From: Pseudomonadota bacterium
Lineage (GTDB): Bacteria; Pseudomonadota; Alphaproteobacteria; Rhodobacterales; Rhodobacteraceae
Direction of reading: 5' to 3'
DNA length: 64,000 bases
Assembly: GCA_039026235.1 (NCBI GenBank)
Contig: JBCCMQ010000008.1
Span: 62,771 to 126,770 of the forward strand
A program made the translations under genes and the position numbers. Of this stretch, positions 56,196 through 64,000 are shown in pieces (the first letter of the stretch is position 1; every line of letters begins with the position of its first letter). The notes under the pieces were generated by a model. That model made no database searches. It had not been told where the DNA came from and saw only the letters and a list, made by a program, of their open reading frames with translations.

Positions 56196-56762
56196 ATGAC
56201 TGAACAGGCAAACGCCGGCGCGGGGCCCGGATGGCACGGAACAACCATCATCGGTGTGCGCAAGGGTGGAACCGTTGTGATCGCCGGGGATGGACAGGTC
56301 AGCCTGGGCCAGACCGTGATCAAGGGCAGCGCCCGCAAGGTGCGTCGTCTGTCGCCGGGCGGCCATGACGTGGTCGCGGGCTTCGCGGGCTCAACCGCCG
56401 ATGCGTTCACGCTTTTGGAACGGCTGGAGGCCAAGCTTGAGGCCACGCCCGGACAGCTTGCCCGGGCCTCGGTCGAACTGGCCAAGGACTGGCGCACCGA
56501 CAAGTATTTGCAAAAGCTTGAAGCGTTTCTGATCGTCAGCGATGGCAAGGACCTTTTCGTCATCACCGGTGCCGGAGATGTGCTGGAACCCGAACATGAC
56601 GTCACGGCCATAGGTTCAGGGGGAAACTATGCCCTGGCCGCCGGGCGCGCTCTGATGGACAGCGATCTTAGCGCTGAAGAGATCGCCCGCCGTGCCATGG
56701 CAATCGCCGCCGAAATCTGTGTCTATACCAACGGAAACCTGACAGTTGAATCCATCGGATAG
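56196..56762 (+). CDS. hslV: ATP-dependent protease subunit HslV
   Basis: 188 aa. The mature N-terminal Thr context is [11 protein letters not shown], with the conserved GDGQVSLG and GSGGNYA motifs. Confidence 0.95.
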   Translation: MTEQANAGAGPGWHGTTIIGVRKGGTVVIAGDGQVSLGQTVIKGSARKVRRLSPGGHDVVAGFAGSTADAFTLLERLEAKLEATPGQLARASVELAKDWRTDKYLQKLEAFLIVSDGKDLFVITGAGDVLEPEHDVTAIGSGGNYALAAGRALMDSDLSAEEIARRAMAIAAEICVYTNGNLTVESIG

Positions 56763-56763
56763 T

Positions 56764-57840
56764 GTGAAAGAGCCGGTGATCGGGCCTGCGGATCTGAGGG
56801 CGGCCGTCGGTGCCGGGCTGCTGAGCGAGGCGCAGGCGGCCGGGCTTTCCAGCCTTGCCGCACGCCGCCGCGGCGCGCTGGAAAGCCTTTCATCCCATGA
56901 TGAACCGTTTGAGCTTTTCCGGGGCTTCAACGAAGTCTTTATCGTTGTGGGACTGATCATTCTGACAAGCGGCTGGACAGGACTGATCGGTGCCGCCGCG
57001 CTGGCGGGCGGATCCGGTGTGATCTCTACCCTTGTCAGTTTCGCCGCTGTGGGCGCTGTTTTGCTTTGGATCCTGTCGGAATACTTCGTGCGCCGCCGCC
57101 GAATGGTCGCTCCGGCCATCGCTTTGACGGTTCTTTGGGCCGGAAATGCCGCATCGGGCATCTTTGCACAGTTCTCGGATATCTGGATGGCGGTGCAGGC
57201 CAATTACGAAAGCCTGACGCTGCCGATGTTCCTGACCACGGGCGCGATCTTTCTGCATTGGCTCCGCTTCCGTGTGCCCTTTTCAATGGCGATGATTGCG
57301 CTGGGGCTTTTTCTGACCGCCCTGATCTATGCCGCAGACAGGGCCGGTTCACCCGACGATCTGTCAGAGCTGTTTCTCTTGTCGGCAGGCGGGCCGTTCG
57401 CCTGGATCACACTGGCCCTTGGGGCTTTGGTTTTTGTGGCCGCCATGTTCTTTGACATGTCGGACCCTCACCGGGTATCGCGGCGGTCGGCCAATGGCTT
57501 TTGGCTTCACATCGTGGCGGCACCGGCACTTGTGAACACGATCGCGCTGAGCCTTCTGACCCATGAAACCGCCGCTGCGAACCTTGCGCTGGGGGCTGTT
57601 CTGGCACTGATAGCCATCGTCGCCATCGTGATCGACCGGCGGTCTTTTCTGATCGCCGGTGCAGGATACTCGGTGGTTCTGGCCGCAACGCTGTCGGACG
57701 GATCGGGCGCTGCCACGGCAATCCTGACGCTCGGTGCCGCGCTTTTGCTGCTTGGTTCGTTCTGGGAACGCATCCGGTCTCGGATCCTTGGTGCAATTTC
57801 AGAACTTCTGCCGCTCGACCGGCTTCCACCCTCCGCTTGA
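56764..57840 (+). CDS. polytopic membrane protein inserted between hslV and hslU (unknown function)
   Basis: The ORF is open from the TTG at 56746. A GTG at 56764 lies 2 nt after the hslV stop. It has a soluble N-terminus of about 60 aa, then about 9-10 hydrophobic helices. It ends 10 nt before the hslU ATG. Confidence 0.55.
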   Translation: MKEPVIGPADLRAAVGAGLLSEAQAAGLSSLAARRRGALESLSSHDEPFELFRGFNEVFIVVGLIILTSGWTGLIGAAALAGGSGVISTLVSFAAVGAVLLWILSEYFVRRRRMVAPAIALTVLWAGNAASGIFAQFSDIWMAVQANYESLTLPMFLTTGAIFLHWLRFRVPFSMAMIALGLFLTALIYAADRAGSPDDLSELFLLSAGGPFAWITLALGALVFVAAMFFDMSDPHRVSRRSANGFWLHIVAAPALVNTIALSLLTHETAAANLALGAVLALIAIVAIVIDRRSFLIAGAGYSVVLAATLSDGSGAATAILTLGAALLLLGSFWERIRSRILGAISELLPLDRLPPSA

Positions 57841-57850
57841 AAGAACGGGC

Positions 57851-59161
57851 ATGACTGACCTGACACCCCGAGAAATCGTTTCGGAACTAGACCGGTTCAT
57901 CATCGGCCAAAGCAATGCAAAACGTGCCGTCGCTGTGGCGCTTCGGAACAGATGGCGCCGGAAACAGCTGGGCGACGACCTGCGCGACGAGGTCTATCCG
58001 AAGAACATCCTGATGATCGGCCCGACGGGTGTCGGTAAAACGGAAATAAGCCGGCGGTTGGCGAAACTGGCACGGGCCCCGTTTATCAAGGTCGAGGCCA
58101 CAAAGTTCACCGAAGTGGGTTATGTCGGTCGCGATGTTGAACAGATCGTGCGCGATCTGGTTGACGCGGCCATCGTACAAACCCGCGACTACATGCGCGA
58201 AGACGTCAAGGCCGCTGCCCATGCGGCGGCCGAAGACCGTGTGATTGATGCGATCGCCGGTGAAGGTTCGCGCGACGGGACCCGCGATATGTTCCGGCGT
58301 AAACTGAAAGCCGGGGAACTGGATGACACGGTCATCGAACTGGAGGTGGCCGACACATCCAACCCCTTCGCGGCCTTTGAGCTTCCGGGCCAGCCCGGCG
58401 CGTCCATGGGCAACGTGATGAACCTGGGGGACATCTTTGGCAAAGCCATGGGCGGGCGGACAGTGCGGCGAAAGCTGACGGTCGCCGAAAGCTATGAGCT
58501 CTTGATCGGCGAAGAGGCGGACAAGCTTCTTGATGATGAAAGCGTCAACAACGCCGCACTGGATGCGGTTCAGCAGAACGGAATCGTCTTTCTGGACGAA
58601 ATCGACAAGGTCTGTGCGCGGACCGACGCGCGGGGCGGCGATGTCAGCCGCGAAGGTGTCCAGCGCGATCTTCTGCCCCTGATCGAAGGCACGACAGTAT
58701 CGACCAAGCACGGGCCGGTGCGCACCGACCACATCCTTTTCATTGCATCGGGCGCCTTCCACTTTGCAAAGCCGTCCGATCTTTTGCCGGAACTTCAGGG
58801 CCGGTTGCCCATCCGGGTAGAGCTTCGCCCACTGACAGAGGATGATTTTGTGCGTATTCTGTCCGAGACGGACAATGCACTGACCCGCCAGTATTCGGCC
58901 CTGATGGGAACAGAGGACGTGACAGTCACCTTCACAGACGATGGCATCCGGTCGCTTGCGCATATTGCGGCCGAAGTGAACCAAAGCGTCGAAAACATCG
59001 GCGCAAGGCGGCTTTATACGGTCATCGAACGGGTGTTCGAAGATCTGAGCTTTTCGGCGCCGGACCGCGCGGGCGACACTGTTACAGTGGACAGCGCCTT
59101 TGTAGAGGAACACCTGGGTGAGCTCAGCCGGTCGACCGATGTCGGGCGGTATGTCCTTTAG
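57851..59161 (+). CDS. hslU: ATP-dependent protease ATPase subunit HslU
   Basis: ATG at 57851 gives [20 protein letters not shown].... It has Walker [13 protein letters not shown] and Walker [11 protein letters not shown]. The track ORF start at 57734 is an upstream extension. Confidence 0.95.
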   Translation: MTDLTPREIVSELDRFIIGQSNAKRAVAVALRNRWRRKQLGDDLRDEVYPKNILMIGPTGVGKTEISRRLAKLARAPFIKVEATKFTEVGYVGRDVEQIVRDLVDAAIVQTRDYMREDVKAAAHAAAEDRVIDAIAGEGSRDGTRDMFRRKLKAGELDDTVIELEVADTSNPFAAFELPGQPGASMGNVMNLGDIFGKAMGGRTVRRKLTVAESYELLIGEEADKLLDDESVNNAALDAVQQNGIVFLDEIDKVCARTDARGGDVSREGVQRDLLPLIEGTTVSTKHGPVRTDHILFIASGAFHFAKPSDLLPELQGRLPIRVELRPLTEDDFVRILSETDNALTRQYSALMGTEDVTVTFTDDGIRSLAHIAAEVNQSVENIGARRLYTVIERVFEDLSFSAPDRAGDTVTVDSAFVEEHLGELSRSTDVGRYVL

Positions 59162-60248
59162 GCTGCTTATTGCAGCGCTGGCCTTGTCGGGCTGCGTGGC
59201 ACGGGGCGAGCTGTCATTTTCAACCATCGACGCACCGGGCTCGGTTTACAGACAGGTCCATGTCGTGACCAGCCGGGCGCCTGTTGTGCCGGGTTTCTTT
59301 GGCATCGAGCGAGCGTTTGAGCCGACATTTGCCCGCTATGAAGTGTCTATTCCGGCCAACCACGTGGTGGGACAGGTGGATTTGCCCAGAAGCAGCGTCG
59401 ATGCGGACCCGCATCTGCACTTTGTAACCAAACAGTGGTCGGCCTATGGTAGCAGCAGCGCTTGGGAAACCGGTGTCCGGCAAGAGATGCTTGATTTGCC
59501 GCGTGGCCAGCGAGAGCTGGTCATTTTTGTGCACGGCTTCAACAACACATTTGCCGAAGGCCTCTACCGTGCTGCGCAATTGGCGGAAGACTATCGTCTG
59601 AGCGGTGTCATGGCCCATTTTTCCTGGCCCAGTGCCGCGAACCCGCTGACCTATGCCTATGACCGCGACAGCGTACTTTTTTCCCGGGACTCATTTCGGG
59701 AAATGCTCTACAGCGCCACCCGTGTCGGGGCCGAAAGGGTGCTTGTGGTCGCCCATTCGATGGGTTCGCTTCTGACGATGGAAGCGTTGAGCGCGATGTC
59801 GAAACAGCGCCCCGGTTGGGTGGCGCGCAACATCTCGGCAGTGGTCCTGATGTCGCCCGACATCGACCCGGACATCTTTCAGACCCAGGCCCGCGGAATC
59901 GGTGCATTTCCGGAAGAGTTCATTGTCTTCAGCTCTCAAAGGGATCGCGCATTGGCGCTATCCGCGCGGTTGACCGGGCAAAGCGAGCGGTTGGGAAACG
60001 TACAAGATATTGAAGGAATATCTGAATTTCCGATTACCTTTATCGACACGACGAACCTTTCAAAGGGCTCGGGTCATACCACGGCGCTCGACTCGCCCAC
60101 CCTGATTTCGCTTTTGGCGCAATCGCGCGAAGTGAATGCTTCCCTTGATGAAGCGCGGGCAAACCGCACCGGGCTGCTGCCCGGAACCGTCCTGACGGTT
60201 CAGAACGCGACCGAGATCATTCTGGCGCCGGGCGGGCGCGTCCGCTAG
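59151..60248 (+). CDS. alpha/beta hydrolase lipoprotein (DUF900 family)
   Basis: ATG at 59151 gives a lipobox signal ([15 protein letters not shown]). It has [11 protein letters not shown] and the nucleophile elbow AHSMGS. Confidence 0.65.
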   Translation: MSFRLLIAALALSGCVARGELSFSTIDAPGSVYRQVHVVTSRAPVVPGFFGIERAFEPTFARYEVSIPANHVVGQVDLPRSSVDADPHLHFVTKQWSAYGSSSAWETGVRQEMLDLPRGQRELVIFVHGFNNTFAEGLYRAAQLAEDYRLSGVMAHFSWPSAANPLTYAYDRDSVLFSRDSFREMLYSATRVGAERVLVVAHSMGSLLTMEALSAMSKQRPGWVARNISAVVLMSPDIDPDIFQTQARGIGAFPEEFIVFSSQRDRALALSARLTGQSERLGNVQDIEGISEFPITFIDTTNLSKGSGHTTALDSPTLISLLAQSREVNASLDEARANRTGLLPGTVLTVQNATEIILAPGGRVR

Positions 60249-60288
60249 GCAGGCCAAAGTTCCTGTCTAACGCGCGGCGGCCCGAAAC

Positions 60289-61512
60289 ATGGGTTTTCTG
60301 AATTTTGTCCAGGCCAACGCGCGTTTCCTCGCGGTGGGCGCGCTGCTGACGCTGTCGTCGAGTTATGGCCAGACGTTCTTCATTTCGATCTTCGCCGGTG
60401 AGATCCAGGGCACTTTTGGTTTGAGCCACGGTCAGTGGGGGACGCTTTATTCCGCCTCGACCGCACTGTCGGCGCTGGTGATGGTCTGGGCGGGCACGCT
60501 GACGGATGTCTTTCGCGTACGTACCCTGGCGCCGGTGGTCCTGATCGGTCTAGCGCTAAGCTGCATCAGCATGGCGCTGACGGCATCCACCCTGATGCTT
60601 GCACTCACGATCTTCGCGCTGCGCCTTCTCGGGCAAGGGATGAGCGCCCACACCGCCACCGTTGCAATGGCACGGTGGTTCGTGGCTAACCGTGGCCGGG
60701 CGCTATCTGTCACCGGCGCGGGATTTTCGGTGGGAGAGGCCTGTCTTCCAATCGTTTTTGTGGCGCTTCTGGCCGTCACGGACTGGCGCAACCTTTGGGT
60801 TCTGGCTGCGATACTTTGCCTTTTGGCGGTGGTTCCGATCACCCGGTTTCTGCGCCATGAACGCACCCCCCAGTCAATCGCCGCAGAAGTGGATGCGGCC
60901 GGCATGGAAGGTCGGCACTGGACGCGTACCGATGCGCTGCGCCACCCGCTGTTCTGGCTGACGGTACCCGCGCTTTTGGCGCTGCCCGCGTTTGGTACAG
61001 CGTTCTTTTTCCTTCAGGTGCATTTTGCAGAGATCAAGGGCTTCAGCCATGCGGCCCTGGTGTCGCTTTTCCCGGTTTATACCCTGACCGCAATCGGAGC
61101 GATGTTTGTCTCTGGCATCGCTGTTGATCGGTTTGGAACGCGAGGTCTTATTCCGTTTTTCCTGTTGCCGGATGTTTTGGGCTTTTTGGTTCTCGGCCAG
61201 GCGAACGGTATCCTGATGACGGCCTTCGGCCTGTTTCTTCTGGGTCTGACAAGCGGGTGCTATACGACGATCCCCAACGCGTTCTGGGCAGAGTTCTACG
61301 GCACGCGCCACCTGGGCGCGATTAAATCCATGGCTGCGGCTGTCATGGTCCTGGGTTCGGCCATTGGACCCGGCTTCTGCGGACTGCTGATTGACCGCGG
61401 CTACGACTTTGACGCGCAAACACCGATGATCAGCGCGATCTTCCTGTTCGCCTCGGCCATGATCGGGCTTGGCGCGTGGTTGTCCCGCCCATCAAGGCCG
61501 GTTGCGCTTTAG
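60289..61512 (+). CDS. MFS transporter
   Basis: 407 aa with 12 predicted TM helices and a typical MFS loop motif region (LTDVFRVR, LLGQGM). Confidence 0.8.
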   Translation: MGFLNFVQANARFLAVGALLTLSSSYGQTFFISIFAGEIQGTFGLSHGQWGTLYSASTALSALVMVWAGTLTDVFRVRTLAPVVLIGLALSCISMALTASTLMLALTIFALRLLGQGMSAHTATVAMARWFVANRGRALSVTGAGFSVGEACLPIVFVALLAVTDWRNLWVLAAILCLLAVVPITRFLRHERTPQSIAAEVDAAGMEGRHWTRTDALRHPLFWLTVPALLALPAFGTAFFFLQVHFAEIKGFSHAALVSLFPVYTLTAIGAMFVSGIAVDRFGTRGLIPFFLLPDVLGFLVLGQANGILMTAFGLFLLGLTSGCYTTIPNAFWAEFYGTRHLGAIKSMAAAVMVLGSAIGPGFCGLLIDRGYDFDAQTPMISAIFLFASAMIGLGAWLSRPSRPVAL

Positions 61513-62091
61513 ATAGACGTAATAGGCACCTTCTCCGCCGTGACTGCGGTGGGCGGCGCGCACCTCAAGGATCACTGCGGCAAGCGGCTGCCTGGTCAGC
61601 CATTCCGGTACCTGGTGGCGCAGAACACCCGGCCGGGATGGGATTGGCCCGTGGCTTTCAACCCGCTTGCCCTTTCCAGTGATGACCAGCACCAGCCGCA
61701 ATCCGGCGGCATGACTGCGCATGATAAAACCACTCAGTGCCGGTAGGGCGGACCCCGTGGTCATACCGTGAAGATCGATCCGGGCTTCGGGGCGCAGCTT
61801 ACCCTTGACCATACGGCCATAGGTTTTCTTGTCCATGACGTGACGCGCCGGGCTGTTGCTGGAAACCGTTGCCGGCAAAGCCACGGAAGACTGTGATTTC
61901 GATCGGCTTCCAATCCTAAACGGGGCAATCGATTTCAGCTCGGAACCCGGCGGTTCAACCCAGGCCGGTTTCGGATCCACCTTGGGGACCGTGACGCTTT
62001 TTGGCCGTGTTTTCAAAGGGTCGGTTGTGGCGGCGACCCGGTTCCACAATTCCGCTTCATCGGGGCTGAGATGTCGCGGCCGGCGGGCCAT
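61492..62091 (-). CDS. Smr/MutS2-C domain protein
   Basis: ATG at 62091 lies 4 nt after the mltA stop. The C-terminal Smr domain reads IDLHGMT...LVLVITGKG...GVLRHQVPEWL.... Confidence 0.75.
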   Translation of the reverse strand: MARRPRHLSPDEAELWNRVAATTDPLKTRPKSVTVPKVDPKPAWVEPPGSELKSIAPFRIGSRSKSQSSVALPATVSSNSPARHVMDKKTYGRMVKGKLRPEARIDLHGMTTGSALPALSGFIMRSHAAGLRLVLVITGKGKRVESHGPIPSRPGVLRHQVPEWLTRQPLAAVILEVRAAHRSHGGEGAYYVYLKRNRP

Positions 62092-62095
62092 TCGA

Positions 62096-63130
62096 TCAGC
62101 TTCCGCCCGTGATCTTAAGCGCGCGTTCGACCGGCAGCAGAACCACCACGCGGCCATTGTCACGGATGATACCGGCGCGGTCTCCCGCCTCGTCGCCCGA
62201 GCCGAAAAAGATGTCCGCCCGCTGCGCGCCTTTGATGGCTGATCCCGTGTCCTGGGCAACCATCAGGCGCCTAAGCGGCGTCTGCCCGGTTGTTTCGATC
62301 CAGACAGGCGCGCCAAGGGTTACGAAATCGGGGTCGACGGCGACCGTGCGCATGGCCGTGATCGACTGGCCCATGGCACCGATGGGGCCAAGATCGGCAT
62401 CAATCTCGACCTCGCGGAAGAAAATATAAGACGGGTTATGCTGAAGGTAGCGTCTTCCAGCATCGGGGTTTTGCCGGACCCAGGCTTTGATGTTGCCGGC
62501 AGAGACCCTGTTCGCCGGCAAGGCGCCCCGGCGTGCCATTTCCCGCCCAACCGAACGGTAGGGATGGCCATTCTTGGCGGCAAACCCAACCCGCATGAAG
62601 GTACCGTCGGTCAGGCGCAGGCGGCCCGACCCCTGCACATGCAGAAAAAAGCGATCGACGGGATCGTTCAGCCAGGCAATTTCCAGACCGCGGCCCCTTA
62701 GGATGCCCTGGTCTTCAAGCTGCCTGCGGGTGAACCACGCCTGCCCACGCGGCATTTCCGGGGGGACGCGATAAAGCGGATACTGGAAGTTACCGGACCG
62801 GGTACGCGCGGCCGGCAGTTCGGGTTCATAATAAGCCGTAAAAAGTGCCTCGTCGCCATCATCGATCAGAACCGGCCGAAAAAACAACTCAAAGAAAGCC
62901 CGCGCCTGTTGGTCGGTGCCCGCAAGGCCGCACAGCGTTTGCCAATCGGTCCCGTCGATCTGGCCGCATGTATTGCGAAACGTCTTCAGCGCCGCCGCGT
63001 GATCGTCGCCAGCCCAGCCTTTCAGATCACTAAAAGCCAGTAGCGTCGCCCGCCCGGCCGTACCTTCGGTTGAAAACGCCGAAGTCATGAACCCGGTCGC
63101 AAGAACGACAGCCGCAACGGTCCGGATCAT
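62096..63130 (-). CDS. mltA: murein transglycosylase A
   Basis: 344 aa with MltA-specific and 3D domains (FFLHVQGSGRLRL.DG, VAVDPDFVTLGAPVWI, AQDTGSAIKG..RADIFFG). Confidence 0.85.
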   Translation of the reverse strand: MIRTVAAVVLATGFMTSAFSTEGTAGRATLLAFSDLKGWAGDDHAAALKTFRNTCGQIDGTDWQTLCGLAGTDQQARAFFELFFRPVLIDDGDEALFTAYYEPELPAARTRSGNFQYPLYRVPPEMPRGQAWFTRRQLEDQGILRGRGLEIAWLNDPVDRFFLHVQGSGRLRLTDGTFMRVGFAAKNGHPYRSVGREMARRGALPANRVSAGNIKAWVRQNPDAGRRYLQHNPSYIFFREVEIDADLGPIGAMGQSITAMRTVAVDPDFVTLGAPVWIETTGQTPLRRLMVAQDTGSAIKGAQRADIFFGSGDEAGDRAGIIRDNGRVVVLLPVERALKITGGS

Positions 63131-63792
63131 TCTCCGGTGGCGGTCAACTGCCAGTTGGGGTTGTCCGACCCCATGTCACGCGCGAAGGTCCAGACGTCCC
63201 GCTGACGCTTGATTTCGTTGGCGTTGCCTTCGACAACTTCGCCCGCGGCGTCTTTCACGACCGACGTGAGTTCACCCACAAAGCGTATGGTCAGTTCGGC
63301 CTGGTTCGTATCGCGTTCGAAAACCGCATCCTGCAACGTCAGTTCGCGCACGCCGACGAAGTTCGCGTCGACTGTCAGACCCTGATCTTCGCGCGCGCCA
63401 ATCACATCCACGAATGTGTCAAACACATCCGGCGCCAGAAACGCCCGCACCTCGTCAAGATCGCCGTTTTCAAAGGCCATCAAGATCATCTCATAGGCGC
63501 TGCGCGCACCCTGAAGAAAATCTCCGACGTGGAAGGATGGGTCAATAAGTTTCATTGCGGCCAGAGCCTTGGCGGGATCGCTGCCATCTTCGACATGGTC
63601 GGTAATGTCGCGATCCGGTCCACCCTCAATCACTTCGAAATCCGGACGCGACCGGCGCCTTTCGTCGGCACCGGACTGAGGCGCGGGCGGGTTTTCAAAA
63701 CCTTCGCGTGTCCCAAGAACGTTGCGCAACTTCAGGATGAGGAACACGGCAATGCCGGCCAAAACCAGAAGTTGAATTACTGAAGAGCTCAT
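63127..63792 (-). CDS. Tim44-like domain membrane protein
   Basis: ATG at 63792 gives an N-terminal TM helix (MSSSVIQLLVLAGIAVFLIL), then a Tim44-like C-terminal domain (FLQGARSAYEMILMAFENGD...RDVWTFAR). The track extension to 63996 is not credible. Confidence 0.75.
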   Translation of the reverse strand: MSSSVIQLLVLAGIAVFLILKLRNVLGTREGFENPPAPQSGADERRRSRPDFEVIEGGPDRDITDHVEDGSDPAKALAAMKLIDPSFHVGDFLQGARSAYEMILMAFENGDLDEVRAFLAPDVFDTFVDVIGAREDQGLTVDANFVGVRELTLQDAVFERDTNQAELTIRFVGELTSVVKDAAGEVVEGNANEIKRQRDVWTFARDMGSDNPNWQLTATGE

Positions 63793-63907
63793 CACGGCCT
63801 CATTTCTCGGGGCATATGGTAACACATGCCAACGCCAATTATGTAAGTGACTGACATGGTCAAGTCCACAAGGGGGACAAGGCCTTTTAATTGCAAGAGT
63901 CCGTGAA

Positions 63908-64000
63908 ATGTGGCTGCTGATCGCCTTTATTGTCGTTCCTTTGATCGAAATTGCGCTGTTTATCCAAGTGGGCGGTGCAATCGGGCTGTGGCCCACGCTG
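63908..64000 (+). CDS. fxsA: FxsA-family membrane protein, 3' end cut by window edge
   Basis: ATG at 63908 translates to MWLLIAFIVVPLIEIALFIQVGGAIGLWPTL, the conserved FxsA N-terminus. Confidence 0.7.
   Translation, partial: MWLLIAFIVVPLIEIALFIQVGGAIGLWPTL

Noticed and set aside
57887-59227. 446-aa minus-strand ORF
   Set aside because: It is antisense to hslU, whose identity is unambiguous.
1-64000. CRISPR arrays, rRNA genes, IS elements with terminal inverted repeats
   Set aside because: I saw no regularly spaced short direct repeats, no rRNA-like sequence and no intact transposase. The only recombinases are the island integrase and the truncated resolvase remnant.

Overview
High-GC alphaproteobacterial chromosome segment. 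The regB-senC-regA locus, alphaMic60-hemD-tsaD synteny, addAB, a VPLPA-CTERM protein and TRAP transporters suggest Rhodobacterales. Most of the window is densely packed core or metabolic genes. These are: a purine-salvage pair (Bmp-type binding protein, guanine deaminase); a catabolic locus (Rieske oxygenase, IclR, GMC oxidoreductase, TRAP transporter, HisD paralog, Zn-ADH, split ThDP sulfopyruvate-decarboxylase-like pair) that looks like organosulfonate (DHPS/sulfolactate-type) degradation; SCO1/PCuAC copper chaperones; a three-gene photolyase/cryptochrome cluster that includes an untracked 51-aa DUF2256 zinc-ribbon ORF; hemY-like/Mic60-like/hemD; tsaD, EVE, ahcY, regB-senC-regA, tsaE-amgK-murU-addB-addA, trxA, hslV-X-hslU, mltA, a Tim44-like gene and fxsA. 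The clear accessory region is an AT-richer element of about 10.9 kb (20261-31219) integrated into tRNA-Thr(CGU) and bounded by a perfect 46-bp direct repeat of the tRNA 3' half. It encodes a P4-type integrase, AlpA, an AEP primase-polymerase/SF3 helicase followed by an iteron plus AT-rich putative ori, and a TerS-like/TerL packaging module. It has no capsid, portal or tail genes, so it is phage-satellite-like. Its tRNA-proximal end carries an oppositely oriented, translationally coupled two-gene cargo operon: a standalone ComEC-type metallo-beta-lactamase-fold hydrolase and a 4-TM protein (29480-30930). I do not recognise this pair as any named system, and it is my best candidate for an undescribed anti-phage or DNA-exclusion module. 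No rRNA genes or CRISPR arrays were seen. Many long ORFs in the track are antisense shadow ORFs typical of high-GC DNA and were rejected.
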